Positions 25,501-38,134 of a DNA stretch of 64,000 nucleotides are shown here, in pieces. The notes under the pieces are model-generated. The model worked only from the letters and a program-made list of their open reading frames with translations, was not told the origin of the DNA and searched no databases. The position numbers and the translations under genes are program-made. Every line of letters begins with the position of its first letter. Position 1 is the stretch's first letter. Source of the stretch: Octopus sinensis (taxonomy: Eukaryota). The stretch covers positions 57,226,001 through 57,290,000 of the forward strand of contig NC_043000.1 in the NCBI RefSeq assembly GCF_006345805.1. Reading direction: 5' to 3'.

Positions 25501-27601
25501 TTCTTCTGGAGGAGGAGGAAGAAGCATGTCTCCTGGGAGTCCATTAAAGTCCCAAACTACCAAACAATCAGCTGGGTCAAAATTACCTGTAGTAAACAGT
25601 GAACGACCAGCACGAGACAGTAGCGTTAACCGAGGGGGTCATTCTACACAAATTGAACGTCCCAAACCTCCAATAAAACAAGGAACTTTTACCAAAGAAA
25701 CTCCAGCTTCTAGTGGGGATAAACAGTCAGCCAGTGAATCTGATAAAAATGAGAACAAGAGTGACGTTGACACTTCAACTGTAAAACTCAGAGAGAGGAA
25801 AACATCCTCTAGTCCAAGAAGCTCTGGAGGCTCTACAGGAAGCCAAAGGAATTCTGATACAACACCTCCTGAATCATGGACAAAAGCATTAGGTTCATTT
25901 AACTTTTTAGTAGACACTTCACACGAACAAGGTTTTCATGCGCCTTTTGAACAAATTCAACGGCAAAGAAATTCTCGTGATGCTCCTCCAGCTCTTCGTC
26001 AATCAAGCACTAGCACAACCCCTACTAAAAATACCCCAACTAAAGTTACTTCCCCCGTTGGTAAGGGTGGTAGTCGCAGTAATGCAACATCAAACAAATC
26101 TGGCATTGGAAGTCTGAAGAAAAATACTCCTTCAAGTAGTAGTCCTAAAAGTAATGGGAGTAATTTGGATAAAAGTAATAGTGGATCAACGGGAACTTTA
26201 CGCAAGACTAGCAGTAAAACAAGTTTAAAAAATTCAGACAGCAATGCTAGTCTAAAGAAAGCTGATAGCAATGCTAGTCTCAAGAAAACTGATAGCAATG
26301 CTAGTCTTAAAAAAGCTAGTGACAATTCTCGTCCTTCAACCCCAACAGGGAAGAGAGGAAGCTTAGGATTAAGCAAAAATCAAAGCATCTCTCCAGGAAA
26401 TGCTCAGTCTAAAAAGTCTGAAACAAGCCCACCTTCTAAAGGAACTCCGACAGTTAATGAAAACCGTCGGTCGTCCAGTACTGGCAAGAAACCGGTGGCC
26501 AGTAAGATTGCGAGCCTTTGGAAACGGAACGAATCATCTAATGATTCTGCTTCCTCTCCAGAGTCCAAGCCTACCAAGCCACCTCGTCAGCAACGGTCAC
26601 ATTCTACAGGAGGTGGTCAACGTAGCCGTCTAGTTCCACCTCGAATTTCCAACAACAAGAAATCATCCTCTCCACCTGTAACACAAGGATTAAGTCGAAC
26701 ACATACTTATGATAAACTAAGTTCCTTTGCAGATAATTCTTCTGTAGTAACAGAAAAACTTAATGAGAATAATTCTTCAGTTGTGAAAAGCATCAGTCCT
26801 ATAAGTAGTCCAAAAGAAAATAAAAACATAGATAGTTTTAATGAAGATATCACTTTCACAATGACCAAAACAAATTCAGGTACCTGGAAAACTCAGAAGT
26901 CTCGCTCCGAGGCTCAAAGTTTACCAGATGCTGATCAGACATGCCGAGTTCAGGAGAAAATGTCAGATTCTAAAAAATCTCTAAACAGCATGACTTCTGA
27001 TGAGAGCTGGAAAAACAATAATTCATTAAGTGAACAGCAAGAATTTGATGGGAACAATGAAGATGTATGGGTGAAACGGAATGAAATGATAAAAGAAGCA
27101 GAGAATAAAATGTTACTTGATAATAACTGCAGTGAAGTGAAAGAGACAGAAGACAGAAAAGGCAGTGCCCCTCGACAAGGGAACTGTGCTACCAAAATGC
27201 CTTTGCAAAACAAAACTGCTTCAAAAGAAACTGTGATAGACTCTTTGCCTTCTGAAGCCAAAGTTTGGAAATCTGAACTGATTTCTCCACAGAGTGAACT
27301 AAAGCGAGCAATATGCTCAGAAGTCCGAACTAATCCAGCATGCTCAATATCTGCAGCTATTGTGTCGCCATTTAATTACACTCCCAGTGCCAAATCACAA
27401 AACAATAACTTTGATCAAAACAGAATCTTGGCAAAGGCAGTCACAAATGGGAACAAACGATCATCGATTCCATCTCCTTCAAAACATGCAACAAAAACTG
27501 AAATGTTGCTTGCACGGCGGCGACAAAACTTCATGACAAAAATGGAAGATGCTGGAGATGAAGATGAGACTAGAAGAGCTTGCCGTGTGACAACTGTATA
27601 G
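19551..27601 (+). CDS. APC: APC giant terminal exon: armadillo repeats, 15/20-aa beta-catenin repeats, CID, SAMP repeats, basic region, SxIP, C-terminal VTTV PDZ ligand
   Basis: TTTCAG acceptor at 19550 gives GGLQAIGELLQVD; the 2672-aa ORF 19583..27601 contains YACMALTNLTFGD, ESTLKSILSALWNLSAHC, TEGTP repeats, CISSAMP/CINSAMP, VSPFNYTPS, DVWVKR and ends RVTTV*. Confidence 0.98.
26237..26317 (+). repeat. In-frame 27-nt x3 coding repeat (DSNASLKK[A/T])
   Basis: GACAGCAATGCTAGTCTAAAGAAAGCT-type units differing mostly at synonymous sites. Confidence 0.9.
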
Positions 27602-29024
27602 TGGAACTGTAAAAATGGCGGAAATAAAAATAGGCAAATATTGACCAGCGCACTACTTTGGATAACGCTTATTTCTGAACAGAATGCTGAACTTGCTATG
27701 GTTGCAGTCAGAGAAAGTCAAAACAATCAACAAATAAGTTGTTATACAAAAATAATTTTCTCTCACAGGCAATTCAAAACAGAGTGAGCTCTAAGTTTAG
27801 GTTGTACAATTCCATTGTGAAAACGATATTTTTTTTTTTTTTTTTTTTAAATATTATTTAAGAACATGTTGGTCAAAACTTGACCAATGATTTATTTATT
27901 TCATCTCATGTTTTTGTGCAATTGTTGTAAATTCATCTCCGAAGCTGGCGTTACTGTGCGCTATAGAGATACATTATGCATTAGAATAAAATATGGGTGT
28001 GCAATATGTTTCTTGTCCATCCATTTCATCATATTTCGGGGCTTGTAAATTCGATCAACTCAATGCTAAATTTGAATGCATCATTTTGGCAAGAACCAGG
28101 TTTTTTTTCTTTTTTTTTTTTTTAAATATGTAAAATCATTTTGAACCTGCAGAGGGTTTAACATCCCTTGCTACAAAAAGAAAGAAAAAAAAACTCTACT
28201 GCATGTTGTGTGCTTAAGAAAAAAAAATCAGAAAAATTTCACCATTTAGATTATTTGTTGCTTAGAAGCACACATTGGTTGTTCAAACACCTTGATGAGG
28301 AGATCAGCATCAGTGCTGGTAATTTATTCCATTAACTTTGCAAACAGTTAAAGACTGAAAAAAAAAAAAAACTGTTTGGAATTGATGAGTTCTCTCTCAT
28401 AAAAACTAAAATATGGAAAAAATGTTAATAAATCTATTTTCTGATTTTGCATTTAATTTCATGTCAGTATGTGTAAAAAAAAAACAACTAAATATTGCCA
28501 ATCTCATGGTGCTGCTTGAGTTTTATATTTCATTTTATTTTATTTTTTTAACGCTATAAAAAATCGTCAACTTTGCTTGTTAGTATTGTGAGCTTAAAAA
28601 CAATGTCTTTTATTTAAAAAAAAAACATTAATGAGAGTAAATATAATTTTTACAATAGTTATTTCATTTGGTTTAAACTGACAAATTAGATTCAACGCTT
28701 ATATCTTCCCCTGCTGTTTTCATATAAGTACAACTCATTCACAATGCAGGCATTTATTCTAGTATTGGTATCCCAAGTGGTCCATTTTGTTATCATGATC
28801 ATACTAATAAGTGCTAGTCTACTACTCTTTCTTGTATAAGACATCAATAATACAAACAACAAAAGAGATTCTTTATAATATGAAAGTCTATGACATTTGT
28901 AATAGAATTACTTAAGTATTTTAAAATTATTTCATTTCCTGGTCATCAAATAATCAAACTAGTGCAGTTCTCTCAAGGCTGAAACTGTTATTTCTCGTTG
29001 GCACACATTTGATACCCTGTTATA

Positions 29025-32000
29025 TCTAACAAGGTAGGTAACCTGCTAGAATTACCAGCCAAATCTCTCTCAAGCCATACCTGACTGTCTTAAAAAAAGG
29101 AGACATTAGATTATGTAGTTCAAGGGAAACTATATATTAAAAAATGACAAGTTGGTCATGGCTAGAGTGCCTTTGATCATAAATCTATCTGAGTAGTGTT
29201 AACCTTGGGCCAAACAGCTGCAGCCTTCTTGCATTTAGTAAGTTGGGTAAAGCACTTTTTTTTTTGTTACACATTTTTATTCTGAAAAAATTTCATTGAA
29301 AGTTTTAGTGTAGATGCTCTGATAAGATCTTCAGTCATAATGAGTGTTAATTGAAGGTTATTTCTTAAGACTAATTAATTACCTTTCATATTCATTTCAA
29401 ACTTTGATTTCTTTGACCATAAAGAAAAAAGAAACACTGAATACTTTTAACTACTTCAACATCTCTCACAGGTTTATTGTACTTTATATATTCAATTATC
29501 TGCCTATTTGTCAACATAGTGTTGGCTGAAATAGCAGATTACTTCCTCAATGTAAATATAATCAGTAATATTCATTGTGGGAAGGACTTATCACTCCAAA
29601 AGAGGAGTAAATTCTTTTCCCTCACCTCCAAGAAGAAAAGAAAAAAAGATAACATAAATGTTTCGCTGTTGTTCACAAATTTTAGAACAACATATGAAAA
29701 TTGGTCATTCAGTGCTTTATTTATCACATGAAAATGTGATAAATAGTCATTTGCTTGACTTTTTATCATAAGAGGTATTCTCCAATGGGGCAACAGTAGC
29801 CCTATTGACTTAGGGGCTGGGGGAAATGACTTGTAATGTTCGTGCCTTTTCAAAAGGTTTTGGTGACGTAAGTGAAGTGAAACAGCTACTACTGGGAATT
29901 GAAACCAAGTTGTAGACTTGGCATGCTGAGGGCTTGCCTTCTGCTCTTACGCCACTTGCTACATTATGAATATAAATGTAGTTTAATTCTAACCATGTCA
30001 TTACTATTTGCAATATTATTAATCATGTTTGACATTTAGTGTATATTGTCTCCAGTTTTGACATGGTTAGTAGACAATTACCCATGATAGAAGTTGAACT
30101 GGTCAAGTTTATTCACAGTATTCAGAAAGGTAATTTTGTAAATATATCTTTTGAAATAAATAGAGTGTTATATAGACTGTCTTCTTAACTTATGCAGTAA
30201 ACCAAATATAATTTGTCAAGTGCCAGAGAAACAGATTGAATGGCGGCATATATGTGAAATTTCAATTTACTTAATCCAATATTTAATCTTTTTTTTATTG
30301 CATAAGGAATAAAACCTCATATTTTACAAGCCTGTATGTGATCACTCAACTTGCTAGAAATGACAACCAAATCTCTGTCAAATCACACCATACCATCTTA
30401 AATAAGGAAAGGATACATTAGATAATGTAATCCTACAAATCCTTGAAAAAGACATGATGGTCATGGCTGGAGTAAATTTGATCATGATTTTGCTTGGTCA
30501 GGGTTGATCAACAGCTAAAAACCAACCTCATGTTTTATAGATGAAGGGAAATGGGAAAGGGTGACATAAATGCCTTTTCCAAATTATTTTGCACTGCAAG
30601 TGAAATAAAATGGCTTCAACCAGAGAACTAAAACCATGTTATATAGTTGTCTACTAAGAACTACTCTTCTATGTTCCCTTTATACATAATTACAAGGTGC
30701 ATAAAGTATAACTAATTCAGTGATCTTAGTTATAGATCCCCAATGAAATCACATTAATGAAAGAGGTTTAGCAAGCAAAAATTGGTAACCATTTATAATT
30801 GGCTTTTCAGTGTCACAACGGCATTCCAGAGTTTGTCCTATACACTTCCTGATCAGTAGCACTAATATAATAAGCAATTGTTGCATATATATATATACAT
30901 ATATTTTTTTTCACACACACACATTGTGTACGAGTGTATGTATGTTTGTATGTATATATAATGTATTTTTGTGTGTGCGCACATGTGTATATGTGTATAT
31001 ATATCCATATATATTTTTAGGTGTATGTATTTAGGCATATATGCATACCTATACATGCATATATAGATGTATATATATCAACAGCAGCATATACCAGTTG
31101 TTGTCACATGGTGTGCTAATGTGTTGAGCCTACTTTGGCATTAACTACTACTCGAAAATAAACATACAAATTTTAACATATTTTTATGCATAATATGACT
31201 TCAACCCAATGTAATCTTTGTGTCTGAGTATGTATTATTATATTTGAAAACAATTTACAGTCAGATTATATCATGTTACTGCAAGAACAAAATTATAAAG
31301 AACATTTACCATCTTTGGTAGGTGTACAGCACTCGTCTTGCACACCTAGAATATATATGTCCCCTGGTATATATATCTGTGAATTAGTAATTGTGTGATT
31401 GAAATTATTGATAAAATGTCTACTCTAATATTTTTTTGTATTCACTTCCTTATAGATGTAACAAAACAAAATAGTTTTGATATTTCAGACAACCAATTCT
31501 GAATAAGAAGAATACTGATTCTTGTCATCAAAACTTTTAGAGAGATATTTATTACTCATTCTTAATTCAATACAGAACTTGAAATCAGTGACCTGACATA
31601 GTATAATTAATATGATACAAATAATAATTATTAATATAATAAACTATTTGTTTTCTGTTTCAGGATATGAAATGATATATTTTTATTCTATGAAGTCAGG
31701 TTGCTTCTGGCAAACAGAAATACAATAATAATTTGTACCAAAAATATAACTGGATAAATGAAATATATTCATAAGAATTGTGCCTCCATGTAATTCCACA
31801 AATTCAATGAAGGAGATTCTACATGGTTGCTTAACTTGCTACTAATAACAGACAATTCTCCCTTGAATCACCCACCCCACTCTATCTTGGTCACAACAAC
31901 TAGAAGCTTTTGACCATAGGTCTGCATGATCAAGGCTGACCTGGGGGCTAAACACCATCACTTCTGAATCAATGAGTGAGCTTTTATATGGTCACTCAAA

Positions 32001-32285
32001 CGTCAAGAAATAACAGCCAACTATCTTGAAAGTGAGAGACACATTGGATAAAGTAGTCCAAGATATATAATATCTGAGACACAGACAGCATGGCCATGGG
32101 CTGAAATGCTTTTGATCAGAAGTCAACTCAACTAGAATTGACCTAGGTCTAAACAATCCAAATTGCAGCCAAATTTCATTCTCATCACATCCTGTCATCT
32201 TAAAAAATAAGAGATGGCCATGACTGGAATATTTTGATCATAGTTCTGGTAGATCAGAGCTGACCTGGGGGTAAACAAAAACAAT
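29025..32285 (+). mobile_element. Cluster of five family F short repeats (approx. 29025-29225, 30335-30525, 31820-31955, 31990-32157, 32160-32285)
   Basis: Shared CTAGAAAT..CAGCCAAATCTC...TGGTCATGGCTGGAATGCCTTTGATCAT...GACCTGGGGCTAAACAAC; other copies near 53395-53495 (+) and 5590-5770 (-). Confidence 0.65.
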
Positions 32286-35200
32286 GGCCACTGCTACTGA
32301 ATGCAGCCTTGTCAGATATTGACTTCAACTTAGCAAAGCTGTTTTCAAAATATTTCTTACGTCAAATTTACAAGATATTGGCTACAACACATGTAATAAT
32401 TAATCAACCCATTATTTATTTATTTATATATTTATTTATTTATCTATCTATCTCATACAAATGTGATAGTCAATTGCTTGAATTTTCATAATCAGAGGTT
32501 ATGATTAATGTGTAGTCAATTATCGCTGTTGACTTCAGTGAAGACAAAAATAGGACTTATTTGTTCACAGCTTTGTTAAAGTCATTGACAATTGTGAATT
32601 GGAATGAAATAGTTATAGCAAAAAATCAAAACCATGTTGTCGTAGACTCTGTTTGTCAGGAGCATACCTCCTTTTACTTTACAGTAGCTGCCAAATATAT
32701 TGATAAAATAAATATTCTACATAAAAACTGAATAAGAATGAAGGCAAAGAAGAAAATAAATCATTGTTAATATCATTATATCCTCTTCTGATGTGACACT
32801 TGACTCTAAGACATTCTGAGGCTATTAATAGTGATTTCTTTTGACTAGGTACGAAGTGTCAGATTTAATATGAATGAGGAATTGAGATTGTATAACTTTC
32901 ATGCTTTCCTCAAGAGTATTAGCTATATATATATATGTATATATATACACATACACATAACACACACAAAGTGATGTACAGTGGCTACACAGCCATGAAT
33001 CAAAACTGTGTTGTAGACTCAGCTCACTGCAAAATTATCTGTACACGATAGCACTTGTTACTGATTCTTTTTTTTATACTGCCTGATCTCTTATAATACC
33101 TTTGTTTCTTTGTTTTATATTGTTCCTTAAATATATTTTTAAAGATTCTAACAACTGTGTTAACTAGAGGTTTCTTTTGTAATGATTTGGTCGATAATGA
33201 ATGTTTTTTAATTTTTTTAGTACTGATAACCACTCAAAAATGTGAACTTTTGTTGACTTTTTATTTGTAAATTTGTACATAACAACTGAAGACGTACACT
33301 ATGTGAAAAATTCATCACTGATAATGTTATTTAGTAATGTTATAGTTCTAAATTATCTTTATATTTTTGCTATTACAATGTACTTATAAAATGTTGCTTT
33401 CTACTATTGTCATGACGATTATAATGGAAAATACGTCTAAAAAAGGAAATAAAATAAAATGAAATCTCAGGCCATCAGGCATCAATTTAATCTGCATGAT
33501 TTTTCAGTCTGACTATCATTTCCATCTATTGAATAAAAAAAATGTTGATCCTTTCATGAACCTTAAGTGCCCTCATGACTTGTGCTTCAATTTGACTTTT
33601 GTGTGTGAGTGTGTGCTAAAATAGTAGGATAAATATTTCATGCCCTTGGCTTCATCACATTTAGCTTACTGGATAAGTTAAATAACTCCATCTTAGAGTT
33701 ATTTAAATTAAAGAAATATCACCATGTTTCACTTCTCCACAAATCTGTAAACTGCACATCTACATCTGAAAATATATTCCCAGGTTTTCTGTGGTCAAGT
33801 TGTTGAAGTAAAATCAGTCTGCAGTGTTTTCCTCCATCTTCCTCCTATCTTCAACTTTAAGTATGCCTATATAAGGATTAAGCTGGACATCGCTCAAAGG
33901 TCAATGATGCATTTGTGATCAGTTAGTTTTCAGCCTGTCACAATATGCATAGCATTGAATATAGAATCACTGAATATTTTTCCCTGGCACACAAATGCCT
34001 ACACTATATTTGAACCTCCCAACTCATGATAAATCAGTCCAATACACTTTTATTCAATCTGTTTCTTCTTCATTTACACTTTTTTTTTGTATTGCACATA
34101 TTTCATTTTCATTTTCAAAATGTTAGGAATTATAAAGAGATATCAGTTTAAAACTGATTTTCTACTTTTATATGTATTCTTACAGAAAATTGAATCTGTT
34201 CCCTAACTCAGCCTTTCTCAAGTTTAAAAAATTTGTTTTACCAAATTTTAAGAGATTGAACTGGAGAAGAAAAGTCTCTGTGTTCATGAAGAATGTTTGT
34301 CATTTGTTGAGCCGAGTTTTTATTGGTGTTGAGTCAGCATCTTGGTCAGTTCTGTGCCACTAACCAGACATGAAAATAACTGATCTTATAAAATGCTTTC
34401 TATATTGTCCTTAATATTTGATTTATAAAACTTGTAGTCCCCTCCTAAAGACAGAAGGGAGATTTTTGAGAAAGATTTATCACCAGCTTATAAATCAGGC
34501 ACTGATGTAAAGATTCACTAACTCAACAAACCGGGTTTATTTTGTGTACAAAAAATTTAGAGTGCAATAAATATTAGTTGAGTTGGAGTTATATGATATA
34601 CATTTATATCGAGTAAGGTTACTCATCTCTTTAAATGTACTTTACTCTCAATGTGTTTTTTTTATATAAATAGCTGATGAAGATTCCAGTAAGCAATTAA
34701 TACTGGCTGTATTTTGAAATAGAAAAGTCTCTTTCTACTTTTGAAATCAGTTTCTTTTCTTTTTTTTTTATGTGCTTAAAGTCTAAGTCTTTTAGGGAAA
34801 TTAAGGAAGTTAATGCATAAATAAAAAAAGTTCCAGCTAGGGATCACAGCAATAACTCATTGCTCTATTACACTAGTATAAATAATGCTTGTTATATTTT
34901 AGTAATTATTTGTAACTCAGTCATGCATCTGAAAACTCACTTAATAAGTGACATGTTAGTTTTTGGAATAATGTACTAACTACAATAGCCACAATGGATA
35001 AGGTCTGGCTGGTAATGAACTTATTGCTCTTATATTCACCTTTCCATACTGCTATGAGTTGGTCAAGACTTTTGAGGCACTGTTTTTACAACCAGATCCC
35101 TTTTCTAACTCCAAGCCTTTTACTTAGCTCTTATGCATGCAAGAATACAGTGTACCTTTTTGAAAATACTATTTTGCAATTGACATTATGTATCATGTAT

Positions 35201-36089
35201 ACAAAATAGATTAACTTTAAATGCATAGATTTCCAGATGTGGCTGCATGTTATGAAGTTCCCTTCACATCTCTGGTATTCTGGATTCTAAAGCCATGTGA
35301 TGCTAAACATCTTGGGCAAGTACTTCCTACTATATCCCTAGACTGACCAATGCTTTTTTTATTGAAATGTCATTGGAAGCAATCCTTATATGTATGTGTG
35401 TGTGTCATGCAGGTGCTTGTTTCTGTATATCTTCACATTGACGCTGTTTGAAATATTAGAGAAAACCTACAAATACACAAACCCATATGGAGCAAGGAGC
35501 ATACTAGGGGAAGATAGGTATCCAGTGTCTGAGCATGAACTTGTGTATACAGATATTTTATACTAGAAAGCTGCTGCTCTTTGAAAAGAGTTCAGCCTGG
35601 ATGTAAAAGACAGATCCAGAAGGTATCTACAGTGTAAGTATGGATTGTTTTAATGGTACGGACATCTGCAATTTCATCTTGAATGTTTTCAAAACAAATA
35701 TTTCCCTCCATTTAATATATGTACATGAGGTCAATGTCCTAGCCATCTTCAACGATGCATATGGGCACAACTTAAATAGTTAAGAAAAGTCATTATAGAA
35801 ATATTCTGACTTCTCAGAGTGAAAATTATTTTAGACACTAATCTTGGATTGGTCATCTTTCTGGGTGACACTCTTAGGAAGCAAAATGAGTAACATTAAT
35901 TTATGCTTTTTACTGCAGAAACCTTATAACAGTATGGCTTGATTATAAAAACGAATTTATTCTATTCACCCACTCAGTTACTAAAGTCACTGCAGCAGAC
36001 AAAATACTACTAATCTTGAGTGGTCATCTTTCTGGGTGACACTCTAGATCTTATTATTGATTCCTTAAGCCTTTTAGGAAGCAAAATCA

Positions 36090-37905
36090 GTAACACCAGC
36101 ATGGGTGCTAGTCAGGCAGCAGTGGCATTGGCTATGCTTGAATGGTGCTTTTTACATGTCACCAGCATGGGTACCAGTCAGGCAGCACTGGCATCGGCCA
36201 CAACTACGATTTCACTTGGTTCAACAGGTCTTCACAAGCACAGCATATCAGCCAATAATTGAAGAGTGCTTTTAAACAGGTCGGTTATGTGACACTGGCA
36301 TCATCTATGACTATGATCTCACTTGGCTTGCCAGGTCTTCTCAAGCATGGCATCTCTCCAAAGGTCTCAGTCACTTGTCATTGCCTAGGTGAGGCCCAAC
36401 GTTCGGTCTGCTTCACCACCTCATCCCATGTCTTCCTGGGTCTACCTCTTCCACAGGTTCCCTCCACTGTTAGGGTGGGACAATTCTTCACACAATTTTC
36501 CTGATCCATACACATCACATGACGATACCAGAGCAGTCATCTCTCTTGCACACCACATCTGATGCTTCTTATGTCCAACTTTTCTCTCAGGGCATGCATA
36601 CATAGTTGTGTGCACACTGACATTACACATTCAGTGGAGCATACTAGCTTCATTTCTTTCAATCCTACACATATTCTCAGCAGTCACAGCCAATGTTTCA
36701 CTACCGTGTAGCATGGCTGTTTGCACACATGTATCATACAGTCTACCTTTCACTCTGAATTCTTCACACAATTTTCCTGATCCATACACATCACATGACC
36801 ATACCAGAGCAGTCATCTCTCTTGCACACCACATCTGATGCTTCTTATGTCCAACTTTTCTCTCAGGGCATGCATACATAGTTGTGTGTGCACACTGACA
36901 TTACACATTCAGTGGAGCATACTAGCTTCATTTCTTTCAATCCTACACATATTCTCAGCAGTCACAGCCAATGTTTCACTACCGTGTAGCATGGCTGTTT
37001 GCACACATGTATCATACAGTCTACCTTTCACTCTGAGCGAGAGGCCCTTTGTTGCCAGCAGAGGTAGGAGCTCTCTGAACTTTACTCAGCCTATTCTTAT
37101 TCTAGCAGCTATGCTCTCAGACCATCCACCCCAGCTACTGACTTGGTCACCTAGGTAACAGAAGCTATCAGTTACTTCTAGTTTTTACCCCTAGCATCTG
37201 TTTTCAGTACATTTTCGGTGTTTATGGCACTTGTGCATCTTCCACACACAAAAACCTTCCTTTGATATTGCTGCACCTCTTATGTGTCCATATCTTACAC
37301 TGGGTACATCTTATGGAGCTTCTACCTATGCCTTTTCTACAGATCGAGCAGGGTCATCTACCTGAAGGGACTTGTAATTTGTCTGCCTTCCTACTTAATA
37401 AAACTTTGGTTTTTGCTAGGTTAACTCTAAGGCCCTTCAATTCTAGACCTTGTTTCCACACCTGAAACCTCTCTAGTTCTAGTAGTGACTCATCTATTAG
37501 ATCAAGGTTATCAGCATAGAGGAGCTCCCAGAGGCATCCTGTCTTGAATTCCTCTATTATTGCCTGGAGGACTATAATGAACAAGAGAAGGCTGAGGACT
37601 GATCCTCGGTGAAATCCTACTTCTACCCAGAATTCTTTGCTATACTCGTTGCCAACCCTCACCTTACTGACAGCATCCCTGTGCATGGCTTGTACAGCTC
37701 TCACTAACCACTCATTTATCCCTAGTTTCCACATTGACCACCAGATAAGGGATTGGGGCACCCTGTCAAAGGTTTTCTCTATGTCAACAAAAGTCAAGTA
37801 CAAAGGTTTCTCTTTATCTAAGAATTTCTCCTGCAGCTGTCTTACCAGAAATATAGCATCAGTGGTGCTTCTCCCTGGTACAAACCCAAACTGCATCTCA
37901 TCTAA
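36090..37905 (-). mobile_element. RTE-clade LINE, 5'-truncated, degenerate RT + C-terminus + 3' UTR
   Basis: ORF 37354..37896 QFGFVPGRSTTDAIF...FVDIEKTFDRV...LLYADNL...GLRVNLAKTK; downstream MLHGSETLA; internal 276-bp tandem duplication. Confidence 0.95.
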
Positions 37906-37909
37906 ACTA

Positions 37910-38134
37910 ATAATAATAATCCTTTCTACTAAAGGGACAAAGCCTGAAATTTGTAGAGAGGGCGTAGGTCGATTGCATCAACCCCAGTGTTTCACTGGTG
38001 CTTAATTTATCAACCTTGAAAGGATGAAAGACAAGGTCAACCTTGATGGAATTTGAACTGAGAATGTAGTGACAGATGAAATATTGCTAAGCATTTAAAT
38101 TGGTGAACTAACAATTCTGCCAGCTTGCCACCTT
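37910..38134 (-). mobile_element. Family A SINE
   Basis: Reverse complement of the 1153-1366 pattern. Confidence 0.75.

Noticed and set aside
22195-27261. Several 80-185 aa minus-strand ORFs within the APC exon
   Set aside because: Antisense shadows of a long Ser-rich coding frame; no splice or motif support.
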